Assembly (NCBI RefSeq): GCF_006345805.1
Contig: NC_042997.1
Location: forward strand, 50,840,001 to 50,904,000
Source: Octopus sinensis
Lineage: Eukaryota
DNA length: 64,000 nt
Reading direction: 5' to 3'
Positions 22,851-37,770 of this stretch are shown here, in pieces. Both the position numbers and the translations under genes were made by a program. The notes below the pieces were generated by a model. That model was not told where the DNA came from and made no database searches. It saw nothing but the letters and a program-made list of their open reading frames with translations. The number at the start of each line of letters is the position of its first letter. Position 1 is the first letter of the stretch.

Positions 22851-25800
22851 AAACCTTTAGGCACAAGGCCTGAAATTTGGAGGAGAGGGATAGTCTTCCA
22901 AAATAGAGAAACTATCCAACTAGGATGCTCTGGAATAAGGGATTATGTAGATTGGGAAAATAAAATTAAGCAATCAACATGGCACCATAGTAATAGAAGG
23001 CCAACAATTTTGAGAGCAAGCGGTTTTCCTTGATCGGTATATTATTTTATCGACTCCAGAGGGATGAAAAGCAAAGTTGATCCCGGAAGGATTTGAAATT
23101 AAAGGTCAACTTTGCCTTAGGGAACTAGATGTTATGATATTCTGGCCTGTCAAAAGAGACGTTTTAAAATGTATATGAAAATTTTTAAAAAAACATAGAT
23201 TTGGGTAGGAATGGCTGCATATCGTCTACTCACTTTGATATCTGCCAGCTTAATTTTAACCTAACCAGGAAACTTGATTTCGAAGAGTGAAAATGAGAAG
23301 TTGTGATTGTTATGCATTCCTTAAAATTAATGGTGATGTAGGAGTATGGAATGGCTCTAATCTGAAATCGCAACTGTAATGAGGATCTTGGCTTCTACCC
23401 GCATCTTCTCTTCTTTGTTCATCGGTTTGTCAATCTTTTCTTCGAAGGAACAAGGCCTAAAATTTTGGAGGAGGCGGAGGTAGATGATACATCGATCCCA
23501 ATGCTTTACAGGTACTTATTTTATCGATTTCGAAAGGATGAAAGACAAAGTCAACCCCAGAATTTGAACTTGGACCATTAAGCCCGAAGAAATGCTATTA
23601 CACATTTTATCTGGTGTGCTAACGGTTCTGCCAGGTCAATCATTTCACCAGTATATTGGCTTCAAACTTTTTGGGCCCAAGGTCAGTAATTCTGATTGAG
23701 GGCTAAGTCGATTACATCAACCTAAGAGCACATACGGTTACTTGTTTTATCGACCCAGAAACGATGAAAAGTAAAGTCGGCTTCGGCTGAATTTGAACTC
23801 AGAATGTAAAGACGTACGAAATGCCGCTAAGCATTTTGCACGGGGTGCTAACGATGCTACTAACTCGCCGCCTTACCTCTATCGGCATATTAATAACAAT
23901 TTTTTCCTTAGCCTAGCGTAAAATGTAGATGTTCAGAACAGTATAAACAGCATTTATATCGTTCGTGGTTTTCTCCTAAATAAAAAGTACAATGACCTCA
24001 CTAGCCACAGTTCTCGCAGGTTTTTAATCCCATTTTTATCTCCTTCCTGACACCGTTATACAAATACCAACCAAATATTAAACAATATTCTTTCTCCCAG
24101 CCACAAATAAATATCCCCTGTAAACGTAATGTTCTTAACCTTACCAAAAACTATCAAATAACATTAACGTTCTCCAAAGGCGACGAAATAATTTAACAGT
24201 GTTGGCTCATTGCACTCTTCTCTATCTCTTCAACCGTCTTAAAAGAGATTCGTTTGTACATTTTTTTTCTGTATTTACAAGATATGTCGCGGAGCACTCA
24301 TACGTTATTAACCTCTGAACATCTTGCCGACTGTGAAAAGACGACGAATACGAAACATTATATTTCTCTCAATTTCTCGTAGATTTTCAATTGTGTTGAG
24401 AGACGGTCACAGGTTATGGGCTTTCGTTTTCATTTATAGCCATAATAATCAAATAAAGACGTTATAATGGTACTAAATATGAATATAGATAAGAGGTGGC
24501 CAGTTGCTGTAATTAATGATAGGATAAAATATGGACATTGAATACTGCTAAGCAGTTAAGCTTCGTAGGATTAAGACAAGTTTATTTTAAGACGACAGTG
24601 CAACTGAGAATTGTCAACTGTCTCGACCACACACGCATTTTACAGCACACAGTTCAATACTTATGATTCTATGTCCAGCTGTTGAAGTTGATTTATCCTT
24701 TCATTCCAATCTCATAAGTATGTCAAAATATATCATATTATCAACCCGTTGTTAGAATAAAGATATATGATATTTATAACAAACCAAAGAATATTTCCTC
24801 TAAATATCAATGCCAGCTTCAGGCAATAGATTGGAACTCTTTCAATGATATTTTCGCTTATACTTAGAGATATTTCTTAACATAGGAAATGAAACAAATC
24901 CTTGGGTGTTAAGTATATATCATCCACAAAACAGGTGAATTCATTTGGAAGAGAAATAGGAAAGAAAGAAGTGGCAGATCTAATCAATATACAAAAACAT
25001 TTAAACATTCACGTGCACCACACACACACACACACACACACATACACACACGCGCGCATACATACTTGAACATGTGTATCTATGCATAATTTCAGGTCTT
25101 ATGTTATAGTTTTAATACAATTCACGCAATAACATACATTCTAGTCAAGAGATTGCGCCAATCTTATAAAATAAACACGCAACGAGCCAATGAAGGAGAC
25201 CTTTACATGGTTACTCGACCAGCTCAAAATACCACTGAAGGCTTCCTGAAATCTCTCCCCCATCTCTCTCTCTCTCTCTCTCTCTCTCTTCCTCTCTCTC
25301 ATCCTCTATCTCTCTCTCCCTATTGTCTTAAAAAGAGAAGAATACATTAGATAATGAAATCCTACATAAACTATACCTCAATAAAAAAAAAACAAGGTAC
25401 GCAACGCTACACTTACCGTGAAAGTGCGTGGTTTAGTGGTTAGGGTATTCGGCTCACAGTCGCAGGTCGTGAGTTCGATTCCTGACAGTGCATTGTGTCC
25501 TTAAGCAAGACACTTTTATTCACGTTGCTCCTGTCCACTCAGCTGCCAAAATTGAGGGCCAGCCTTGTCACATTTTGTATGACGCTGAATCTCCGTGAGG
25601 ACTACGTTGTGAGCAGGTGTGTCTGTGTAGTACTCAGCCACTTGCACGTTAATTTCACGAGCAGGCTGTTCTGCAGATCGGATCAAATGGAACCTTCATG
25701 TCGTTTTTAAAATCGCAGATAACTGAGATGGGTTCGTATTTCGATTGATGATCTACTGCATCTAAGAGCGTCTACGTGGTTACTCATCTTGGTTGAAAAA

Positions 25801-25987
25801 GCAACCAAATTTCACTCAAATTATATCTTAATAGCTTTAAGAAAGGAAAGGACATATTGAATGTAGTTCTAGATATACAAAAAATGGAGGGTGATCACGG
25901 CTAGATAATTTTTGATGATGTATCAGCGCAATTGTAAAGTGTTATTGTTGAGGTTTAAAATAATTATAATGCAATATCATTTATTAC

Positions 25988-26184
25988 CCTTCAATAAACT
26001 CCATAATATATTGGGTTTGTGATCCTCTAAAAATTAACACTTCCTTCTCCAAGCCTAGATTCGAAACCGAATCTAAGAATTCTCGGTCGTCCAAATCACC
26101 ACGATCAACAGGCGCGAAAAAGGGTTTTCTTTGTCCTGACAAAAAGTGATTGATCATCTCCCTTTGACCTACGACCTCAGCCAT
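25988..26184 (-). CDS. Candidate first coding exon of an unidentified host gene
   Basis: GACATGG Kozak context, non-repetitive protein-like 65 codons (MAEVVGQREMINHF...YIMEFIE), ending at a plausible donor GG|GTAATA just before the stop. No downstream exon identified. Confidence 0.45.
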
Positions 26185-26545
26185 GTCAGGCGAAGTTCAG
26201 ATGGACAGGAGCTGACCTATTCATGTACAAACTCTGCTGTAGTATGTCTGTCCTTCTAGCTGCCACGATTATTATAAATACGGTGATCAACAAGGGGACA
26301 GACAAGAAGAAAGGCCTTGCAGGCAGGCGAAAAAGGTCTACATGCCGACAGAAGGTTTTCACAGACCGCAGAGACCGAGAGAAATGTTCGAAGTTCCACG
26401 GTAGACTACTGTCTCAGATGAACTACGCACACACACACACACACACAAACATATCCATTTCTGACATATAACTTCCACAGATGTACCCTGTTCCTATTTC
26501 TAGCAACTCGTAGCAATTGTCAACATATGCATGTAGTGAAGAATT

Positions 26546-27530
26546 ATGTGTACCTACGCCAAAATAAGTCCAGCCCCGCAATACTTTGAAGTCAAAGCCG
26601 GAGTATCACGAGGCGACACGCTAGCACCTTATCTCTTCGCCATCGTTCTGGACTATGTAATGTGTAGAGCCTACGAGGGCACGGAAGAAGGAGTGGGATT
26701 CAAACTGCATAGGCAACGAAGTAGACGGCATCAAGCATAACAGTGAATGACTTAGACTATGCTGATGACCTGGCATTACTAACAGAGAGGACAGATCAGA
26801 CAGAGGAGGTGCTGAACAGGTTAGAGCAGGAATCGAGGAAGGTAGGATTGTACTGTAATGCAAACAAAACAGAGCTGCAAATATTCAACCACGAAATGCC
26901 TAAATCAGTGAATGTGAGAGACTGTAAGTCGCTGAAGGTTGTTGAAAATTTCAAATACCTTGGTGCGTGGACACAAAGTACTGAAAAAGATATCTTAGCA
27001 AGGAAAGCTCTTGCCTGGAGCACAAGCCATAAATTGAGAAAGATATAGAGTTCAGAGTTAGCAAGGAAATTGAAAGTGAGGTTGTTTCTGACAACAATGG
27101 ATTCTGTTCTTCTATACGGGGCTGAAATATGGACACTGACTAAAGCATTAAAGAAGCAGTTGGGCGGTTGTTATACGAGGATGTTTAGAATGGCATTCAA
27201 TGTCTCCTGGAAGGGTCATGCAAAAAAGGCTGACTTATACTAGGGACTACCAAAAGTAACATTGAAGATGAAGCATAGAAGGATGAGGCTAGCTGGACAC
27301 TGTATCAGACACACTGATGAAATTGCTAACAAACTAGTGCTCTGGCAACCGACAGAAGGAAGAACCATGAGAGGAAGGAGGAAGACGACTAATATCGACA
27401 ACTTGCTTGGGGATACTGGTACAGAAGGGGTAGAGGAGCTGAGGACCATTATGGAAGATCGAGATGAATAGGGGAAACGTATGGAAACAGTTTTGGAGCG
27501 TCCTATGGGACGACCTAGATGGAGATGAGA
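26546..27530 (+). mobile_element. RTE-clade LINE, degenerate RT and 3' end
   Basis: GVSRGDTLAPYLFAIVLDYVM, DLDYADDLALL, FKYLG, LLYGAEIWTLTK, RRMRLAGHCIRH, with several stops and frameshifts. Confidence 0.92.
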
Positions 27531-28280
27531 TACAATACAGCATTGATTTTGAGATATCTATCAGTGAAACTACATATGGAGAGAATAGTTTAATTGGCAG
27601 TTGAGTAAAGTTTTATTGTTTCAGAAAACAATCTTCAAACTTTCTCCTGTCAAGCAAGCACTGATAACCGATAAAGATTTTTGCCACTCATATCGCCGTT
27701 GGCATCTATTGTAGAGTTACACATAACCAATGGTTATTATCGTCCATATGATACATTATTTGACAGTTTCCATATACCAGAGTGAAGTCGTAAACTGGAC
27801 TAAAGAGAACTGACGGGAAAATTCTTAACTGAGAGAGGCTTATGAAACATTTTATTCTAGATCTACCAACAAATCAGGAAATATGATAGTTTTTTTTTAT
27901 TATTTAATATCGTGTTCAATCCATTAAAGTTGTAAACAACCCTAAGCTGTGGGAGATATATACTTCAAATGCTATTTTACAATTATACTAATTGGAAGGG
28001 ACAGAAACACAAGGCATACCAAGCAGAAACAATGCAAGAAGGGATAACATTAATCAGTGAAACCTGGTGGGAAGATGGTAAGGTTATCTTCATAAGTATT
28101 ATGTGGAGCAGTGATTCTTAATATTTTGTAGCTCAGTACCTCTTTTCAATGAACATTCATTTTATAAACGTTCTATCCTTATGATTTGCAAAAAGAAAAC
28201 AACAGCTCATTTTAACCAAACAAACACTGTCTTTATACCATCGTACCCAATGTGCCGCCTTTTATATATTTGCATGAATT

Positions 28281-28833
28281 TGTAACGGGAACTCGTTGCT
28301 TCTTTACACTTTTGGGGTGCAACTTGGGTGCAACACAATTTCCTTTCTTTTTGTTTCTAGAAACTACCAGTCAGGAACGAAAAGCAAGTTTAGAAATATA
28401 TAATTCTTTATTCTCTTATTCAACAATGAAACACGATGGTATACTGGTATCCATTCTTACAACAATTCAGCAGCAATAGATAGGTTAAATCCCAAGCGTC
28501 TGGGACAGGAGAATAGGTTGATCACACGTATGAAAATATATCCTTTCTCTTCGATCGCTGTGCCTCAAGTCTTAGCGTCCAGAGACAGCGGAGAAAAATT
28601 GGTCTGCAACAATCTCGTATGAAAGGCGTTCTGCTACTGCCTGTCTCTCTGTACCCCTTTGTTAAAGGAACCTCCCTCGCCTATCACTTAATGCCACATC
28701 AGCATTTCCTTCTTCAGTGCTTCGCGCATGCGCGAGAGGGCACTTCCCTTCTGCCTTTCCAGAAGGCTCCAAATCCGCACGCGCACACTGGAGAGGACGT
28801 TGCGCGCGCGCACTGTTGTATAACGTCACTACA
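28281..28833 (-). mobile_element. Solo LTR (Gypsy-type) with 4-bp target duplication
   Basis: Minus strand TGTAGTGAC...CGTTACA, AATT on both sides (28277-28280, 28834-28837), internal AATAAA. Confidence 0.8.
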
Positions 28834-29689
28834 AATTAATGTCTCTATGTCAAATATTTTTTTACAAAAGCAAGGACTTTATTATACCTGGGTTAAATAT
28901 TTTATTTCTAAGAAAAATCATGAGACCTCTACAAACCCATCACAAAACCCTGTTGACACATGCAGCCTTATTCAGTGCCCTTAATGTCTAGAACGTCCCA
29001 CGGAGGAATCTACCACCCAGTTAAGAACCACCGGCAACAAAAGATCAAGTAGAAAATCTTTCTATCCCGATGGTAAAAGTAACCATCGATACATTCGACT
29101 AAAAGTTCTTCAAGGCGATGCTCCAGCCTGGCGGCAGTCTAATGACTGAAACAAGTAAAAGATAAAATATATATCGATAAAATAGGTACCAGTCAAGTGC
29201 TGGTATATGGTTTACTTGTTCTAAAGGTAACCTTTTTCCTGAATAAGAAGTCGATATTAATCTATTTTCTAAACAGAGAAAATTTACTTGCGGTTGTCTA
29301 TTCTAAATTTCAATGGGTTAATTTATGTTAAGAACTGAAAGTCCGGCTTGTTGATTCCTTGGTAGCAATTATTCGATGAGAAAGCGTTGCGTTGGCTCTT
29401 ACACAAGGGCATGTTTTACTTATTAAGCAAGAGATCGTTATGAAAGAGCGTAGAATGCATTTTGTTCTCCTCCTTTTGGCCGCTTAACAATTTACATCTA
29501 CTTAAAAACAATTTCGACACCGCTTCCCAAATAACCTATTTTCCTCTACACTAAAGAAAGTTGTTATATTTATTGTTACCTTCAAAGCCTATCGCCTCCA
29601 CGTCCATCCTTAGCTGCAGCTGATAAAACAAACAAGTCTTTTATCTGTAATACGCTCATTACACACATCCATCCATTCATCCATCCACC

Positions 29690-30197
<508 letters not shown>

Positions 30198-30419
30198 AAA
30201 TACGTATACACTATATTGTTATAGCTTCAATGTTATATCTTAATAATTTTAGTTGTTTATATTTATCCTCAAACCAAAAGTACAATGAAACTACAAGCAA
30301 TAAGATCATAAAAGACTGGTTTAAGCAATTTAAAAAGTAGGTGCTCTCACCTTCCGTTTACATCTCTCTATAGCACTCTCTCTCTCTCTCTCACTCTTTC
30401 TGTCGATATGTGTGCATGC

Positions 30420-30452
<33 letters not shown>

Positions 30453-33319
30453 TTTTAAAGGAGCAGTATCACTGATATTTGTCATTGGAACGATTGGATT
30501 GTGTTAAAGTGAACTTCCAATCAACATCTGGCACAACTTTTGTGAGAAGTCCCAATGCTGAAAGGCTTCACATGGAAGTAAATCCTTAGAGAACATTACA
30601 TTATTTTATGGTTTCACTGAAAAACACCATAGCACACATTTTCATTATTCTTTAATGCGGTTTCAGTAAAAATCAGTATCAATTTTCTTGTAACATTCTT
30701 TTGCATTTTTACTTTTCTTTTTTATCTCTTCTCTTCCTTGACGAAGGACAGCTGTCCGAAACATTGAATTTTTCTCTTTCTTCCTCCCAGCATAATGATA
30801 CACTTTGCACTTTCGTTCGTTGTCCTGCGTCTCTATTTATTCCATTACTTGGCTAAATCAGATTACTGCTAGTTTTTATCAAGGTTCAGATGATTGTACA
30901 CTTGTTTCTTTTTGACTCAAAAATCTAGCTATCACTTTTGAAACTTCACACTGCACCACTGATCATAGACTGATGGCAATATCATCATTACTAATTAAAT
31001 AGCTTAATTATTTTAATTGGCTCTGATTTGTATTATTTAGTAAATTCAACAAAAAGAGCACAGTGAACTTGTCGAGGGGAGTGGAAAAAACGTTCCGGAC
31101 AAAACCTTTCTTCAATGAAAGGCTGACTGGAAAGAAAGTGAAGAGAAAGACAGAAGAGTTTTACATTCATTAAGTTTTACGGGAAAATGGCTGCAAGTGT
31201 CTTACCTGTCCTCGTTATTATATAGCAGTTTAGGCGTATGTGATGACAACAATGAATATCTATGTTAGAAATCATTATTATTACAAGCATATCCCTGATT
31301 TTCCAATGACCTTGATTCCAGCTTCGTGTCAGATTATCTGTTTTGCTGGACTAACATAATTCACAATATAATTCAGAGTAAATTCCTCAGAGTCAGTCGC
31401 TATACAATTAATGATCCAGTATTATACGTCTCACACAATCTTTGCCCTGAAACACGGCAATCCAGTTTTCTCATCGCTTCTACCTTTTATATATATATAT
31501 ATATATATTGATATAGATATATATTTAAACTTTACACCACCACTGACACCTAGACTGTGCTTGAAAGCCAGAACTAGGGATAATTCTAAATAGTACAAAT
31601 TGGGAATTTCCTCAAATCTCTTGAACAGCAGTAATCGCTGACATCTAAATATTCAGATAATTGCAAATGACACACAACATTACCTGTGGCCATCAAATGA
31701 ACTAGCCTAGCAAGCCGCAGGAGACTCGAGTGGTCTGTATTGAATAGAGCGACGGACAATAACTTTCCAGAAAATCAGAGATGTGCCTGATCTACTGTCA
31801 GGAAGAATTAATTGTTATGAAGGTAGAATAACAAAATTGGCAGAGTATCAGACAACATACTTCGCGATAGTTATGGCTCTTTTATGTCCTGACATTAAAT
31901 TCTGCTGAGTTTGACATTGCCGTTCATCTTTATAAGATATGTAAAATATAATTCTACCCGCCAAGGCAAACACTTGAATTCAGGATTTCAAATAAATATC
32001 AGTAAAGTAGTGGGAGAGATTTCATTGACTGTACCCTTCCACAGTGAAGGCGCATGGCTCAATGGTTAGAGCATCGGGTTCATAGTTATGAGGTAGTGAG
32101 TTCGATCTCCGGACCGGGCTCTGTTTTATGTTCTTGAGCAAGACACTTTATTTCACGTTGCTCCATTTCACTCAGCTGTAGAAATGAGTTGTGACATCAC
32201 TGTTGTCAAGCCGTATCGGCCTTTGCCTTTCCCTTGGGTAACATCGGTGGCATGGAGAAGAGAGACTGGTGTGCATGGGCAACTGCTGGTCTTCAATAAA
32301 CAATTGCCTGGACTTGTGCCTCGGAGGGTAACTTTCTAGGCACATTCCTATGGTCATTCATGACCAAAGGGGGTCTCCTCTTCATACTACTCTCTCCAAT
32401 AAATTAGGGGTACGCACAGGTTCACTTACATCTTCCTTCTGTATATTAATGATTTACCTGATATCACACCACACAACACATCTTTCCATGGTCATTAATG
32501 GCCGAAGGGGGTCTTTACTCTTTACTCTTCCACAAAAAATGAACAAACAGAAATAACACAATCATGGCTTTGAGGTTAGACGGTTCACTTCGCAATTATG
32601 TGATTTCAGTCTCGAGTCCACTGTGCAATACTTTGAGCAAGGATTTTTTTTGCCATATACTCAGGTTGACCAATACTTTCTAAGTGGAATTTAAGAGACG
32701 AAAGGTTTATCAAAGACCATCATTCAGGTGTATATGAAAATGTACAGACGTATGTGAGCGCGCATGCGTGTGTGTGTCTTTCACCAGTGCATATCGGTAA
32801 AATAGTGTGAAGGTGCATGGATTTGTGGTTAGGGTACTCGGCTCATGATCGTAAAGGAGCGAGTTCGATACCCGGTAACACGTTGCGTCCTTGAGCATTA
32901 CATTTTATTGCACATTGCTCCAGTCCACTCAGCTGGCAAAAATGGGTAATACCTGTATTTCAAATGGCCAGCCTCGTCACGTTGTGTGTGCGACGCTGAA
33001 TCTTCCTGAGAACTACGTTAACGTTATGGGTGTCTGTGGAGTGCTCAGCTACTTCCACGCTAATTTCACGAGCAGGTTATTCCATTGTTCGGATCAACTG
33101 GAACACTCATCGCCATAATCTGGCAGGAACGTTAGCATGCCTGGCGAAATGCTTAGCGATATTTCTACTGTCTTTACGTTCTGAGTTCAAATTCCGCCAA
33201 GGTCGACTTTGCCTTTCATCATTTCGGGGTCAATAAATTAAGTACCAGTTACGCACTGGGGTCGATGTAATCGACTTAATCCTTTTGTCTTTCCCCTCTA
33301 TGTTTAGCCCTTGTCTAGA

Positions 33320-34142
33320 GTTAGGGGAGCTGAAGAGGAAGAACATCATTTCTTAGGTTGTGTTTCTTTGGAAAATATAAATGCAGTTTGTGAAGACAAT
33401 AAGGCAGAATGGCAAGTAAAAATAGAAGTCACCACCAAAATCTGTAGCACAATTGTTGCATTTAGACTGGATACTGGTGCAGATGTGACAGTAGTACCCC
33501 ATTGTTCTTCAAGAAGTTTAATAAGACCTACAAACAAAAGGTTGTGGACCAGGTCAACACAAAATAAAATTACTTGGACACGTAGATGCCACATTGAGTT
33601 ATGGGAAAGCAACATCACAACGTTGTGCAAGACTTAGCTGAACCATTATTGGGTGGACCAGCAATCAAAGCCCTCAGTCTATTGAGTAAAACCAATATGA
33701 GAAAAAGCGAAGGTCTCCAATACAAAAAATAATTCCCCAGTGTGTTTACAGGCTTAGGGAAATAGAGGCATTCATACAAAATTCACTTGGATGAAACAGC
33801 TCAACCTTTCTCAGTCGCCTACCACTTTCCATGAAGAAGAAACTTCAGCAAGAGTTAAAACGATTGGAAAAAAGGGAAAATTATCCAACCAGTAAAGTCC
33901 CCCAACAGACTGGTGTGCTCCCGTTATAGTGGTCCCCCCAAAAAGATGGAAGAGTCAGATTTTGTGTCGACTGCTCTAAATTAAACGAAAGTGTGAAAAG
34001 GGAAAATTTTCCACTTCCTTCAACTGATCAACTTCTTGCTGATCTTGAAGGAGCCACAGTGTTCATGATACTTCACTGTAATAGTGGTTTCCACCAAATA
34101 GTTCTGCATAAAGACTCACAGGAACTTACCACTTTCATCATA
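33320..34142 (+). mobile_element. Ty3/Gypsy pol fragment (aspartic protease and N-terminal RT), degenerate
   Basis: FRLDTGADVTV; DWCAPVIVVP; DGRVRFCVD; KRENFPLPSTDQLLADLEGATVF..NSGFHQIVL..SQELTTF. Confidence 0.9.
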
Positions 34143-35899
34143 CCCTCTCATTTTTCTATCATTCACCTCCTTACCACTCGTAGCTCGTGTCTCACTATTA
34201 CTATTGCTCATTCTCTCTCCACTCATCTTTTGCGTGATCGCATACCATCCTGTCTATATAACACTTGATGGCAATCCTACCCATGAAACTAGAGAACGCT
34301 AGGGATGACATAGGTTTTGACCGACCTCCTCACCCCTCTCACATTCACTGCACCATTCTTTACTACCCACAAGGGGTTAAACACAGAGAGGACAAACAAG
34401 GACAGACAAATGGATTAAGTCGGTTATATCGACCCCAGTGCGAAACTGGTACTTAATTTATTGACCCCGAAAGAATGAAAGGCAAAGTCGACCTCGGCGG
34501 AATTTGAACTCAGAACGTAATGGTTGACGAAATACTACTAAGCATTTCACCCGACGTGCTAACGATTCTGCCATCACTGCACCATACCACTCTTGTAATG
34601 AAAGAGTAGCACTTGAACTTATTCAGTTACCACCATTAACATTTTCTCTCTCTCATTAGACAATTGTGCAGCTAGCCATCATTTCCCAAGCCGACATCCA
34701 TCTCCCTCTCTTATTACCTATATTTATTAATGTCCATCACTTGATCTCCCTCTCTCGCTCTCTCTCTCTCACACGCACACACACAGAATAGAAATCATGT
34801 ACCTAACATCACTTCCTTTCTCACCCACAGCTCCTCACTGCACTGTCACTCTTCCATAACTCCTTCTCTACCATCCTCTCCGCTCATTATTCCTCCCATT
34901 GGATTCAAGTCCTTCCATTATCTCTCCTTTATTGGTTTAAGTTACCCTGAAAATAAAACGGAGATACCTTAAAGTAGCAACGACTCACCAATGCTGATGC
35001 CACCATAAAATTCACCCAGTACACTCTGTAAAATTGTTGATGAACGAGGGAAGACAACACAGGGTCAAGAGGGCCCTTTTAGGGTGATCGAGGACACAAC
35101 CTCTATAGTGTTGGTGCCATGATAAATGAACTGGGGGTAAGAAGGACAATTAGTCATAGAAACCATACCAAAATAAATGTACAAGCGAGACATGGTTTCC
35201 CAACCAGTATAAAACAGCAGTAACGCCAAATACAAACTGATTCAGTCTGTGAAGACTCGTACAACACATATCAGCAAGGAAAGTAGAAATAAAATGATGA
35301 CAATAATGATGATGAGTTGTTTTAATAAATGTAGGGGAAAACGTTTGCAGCTTAGCACTATGTATTATATTCGTTGCTAATTTTAATCTTAATTTTAGTT
35401 TTAAAAAAGTACATCATCTGTTGTAGCTCCAAGTTAACGAAAGCCTATAGGTGCGCAGGCATAGCTGTTTAGTTAAGAAGTTCGCTTCCCAACCATATGG
35501 TTTCGGGTTCAGTCTCGCTGTGTAACACCTTGGGACAAGTGTCTTTTATGACAGCCCCAGGCTAACCAAAATTTGATGAGATTTGGTAGACAGAAACCAA
35601 ATCTGTGAATGTATGTAACTTTATGCCAATCAGTCAGGTGACTCTTTTTTAGATGCAGTCCAAGACGTCATTGTAGCAAAATCTTCCTCTAATGACACTT
35701 TTAATGTCCTTAAAAACATGTAGAACGTAATGTAATCTTAGATATGCTGTTTGAATATAAGATGGATGGTCATGGCTGAGTCACTTTTGATCATAAATCT
35801 GTTCAGTTATTTGATCATAGATCACCATTGATCACTGATCTGTTCAGGACTAGATCTAAAAAATATAAGATGAAAAAAACCCTGAACTCCAGTCACAAC

Positions 35900-36240
35900 A
35901 TAGCAGAAACACAATATCTGTAACAGACATCTCACTACACATTATTCCAACCAGTATTACTCTACGGATGTGAAAACTGGAACATAACAAAAAATGGAAG
36001 AAAAAACAATGGACAACTTCCAGTTCACATGCATAAGGAGAATACTTGACATCAAGTCTGAAATGAAAAAATTGAGACAACAACGGATCAATGATGAAAT
36101 AGGACACCGAAACTGGAACTGGATCGGACACATCCTCAGAAAAGAACGAGAAAGCGATTGCATGGTAAAGTGGAAGCCTGAGGGGAAAAGAAAAGCAAGG
36201 TGCCCAAAAAAACCACATGGCGAAGATTGTTTTCTTAACA
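35900..36240 (+). mobile_element. RTE-like LINE 3' fragment
   Basis: LLYGCENW, CIRRILDIK, WNWIGHILRK, WKPEGKRKARCP. Confidence 0.8.
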
Positions 36241-36256
36241 TTTCTACAATGAATTG

Positions 36257-36597
36257 TGAAGGCGCATGGCTCAGTGGTTAGAGTGTCGAGCTTATCATGA
36301 GGTTGTGAGTTCGATTCCCAGACCGGGCTGAGTGTTGTGTTCTTGAGCAAGACACTTTATTTCCCGTTGCTTCAGTTCACTCAGCTGTAGAAGTGAGTTG
36401 TGACGTCACTGGTGCCAAGCTGTACCGGCCCCTTTGCCTTTCCCTTGGATAATATCAGTGGTGTGGAGAGGGGAGGATGGTATGCATGGGCGACTGCTGG
36501 TCTTCCATAAACAACCTTGCCTGGACTTGTGCCTTGGAAGGTAACTTTGTAGGTGCAATCCCATGGTCATTTATGGCTGAAGGGGGTCTCCTCTCTC
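36257..36597 (+). mobile_element. Full-length SINE family B copy with 14-bp TSD
   Basis: TCTACAATGAATTG at 36243-36256 and 36598-36611. Confidence 0.9.
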
Positions 36598-36899
36598 TCT
36601 ACAATGAATTGCAGATGGAAATCCATTGGACAAAGTTAGTCTCATTCGATTGACTTGCGACCCAAACATTGTGCATGCTGCCGGAACTGAGTTGTTGCAG
36701 ATAGTTTACAATGTCACAATTTGGAGGTTTGAGGAATATCTACGATCATCCTGGTCATAGAACAGGTGTTGGTGTTACCATCAATCTCAGCTGACCGGCC
36801 AGAGTGAGGTGCATCATAAACAGGAGGATTTCCTGATTGAAATCTTGAAGGTAATGTTGACAAGGAAAGGAGATGAGAAGCTGAAATGAGATCAAGACA

Positions 36900-37120
36900 G
36901 TAGCAGAAAACAGAGCTGGCTGGGGATACAGGTCGTATGATGGCTTTAATTGCCTCATTGCACAGACAGAACTAACTGATTAACTAGACTCATAAAGCAC
37001 AACATGATCAAGCCCTAGTCAAAAGGCATATCTCTATATGTAAAGAACTTTAAAAACCAATGAAAGCAGAAAATGTAGACTCTGTGATCAGTATGAAGAA
37101 ACAACACATCACAGCCACTA
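36900..37120 (+). mobile_element. Possible restriction-like-endonuclease LINE (R4/Dong-like) remnant
   Basis: KCRLCDQYEETTHH zinc-knuckle-like motif; highly degenerate. Confidence 0.4.
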
Positions 37121-37351
37121 TCATGATGTTTCTGCTCCACTAATGAATCTTGTTTGGGTTGTGGTAGCGGAGCTTGCATATCCCTATGATCCAAAGAGCT
37201 GGCAAAAATTCTGTTCCTTGCAGGTCTGAAATCTGGGATTAGACTAAATGAGAATCACCATCAGAAAACTCGTGAAGCAACATGGCAAATGTAAAATTTT
37301 GCCAGAGGAATCAATTAGAAGTAACGATCAATGATACAGATATAATGGGTT

Positions 37352-37770
37352 GTACTGAGTTGGTTAAAAGGTCCGTTCGATTTTTATTGACACTCAACTT
37401 CTGATACACAAATAAGAAGCTAGCTTCGGTTTGTTCCCAGTGCATGCACACTCGTTAAATATTTGACACTTCAATGTAGTTCAACACGAACTTGTGATGA
37501 GACAGGTTGTATTTTGTGTGCTTGGGATCACCTTGAAAATGGAACACCAAAATGAGCATCATGGACGTCATGCTCTTTTTTATAAAAAAAGAAAGGCAAG
37601 AAAGCAGCAGAAACCTGCTGGAAGACATATGGTGTGTAGGGAATGGATGTTGCTATGGAACTTGTGTACCAAAAGTGGTTTTCAAGATTTCGATCAGGAA
37701 ATTCTCTCGTTTGTGATGCACCCTACTCTGGCCGGTCAGCTGAGATTCACAGTGACAACAACACCTGTAA
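37352..37770 (+). mobile_element. mariner-like transposon 5' fragment
   Basis: TIR-like TACTGAGTTGGTTAAAAGGTCCGTTCG and KWFSRFRSGNSLVCDAPYSGRS (mariner second HTH/GRP-like). Inverted partial copy at about 36761-36850. Confidence 0.7.

Noticed and set aside
23340-23450. Possible second exon of the 26.1-kb gene (EEKIDKPMNKEEKMRVEAKIL on the minus strand)
   Set aside because: No convincing splice sites or recognisable homology.
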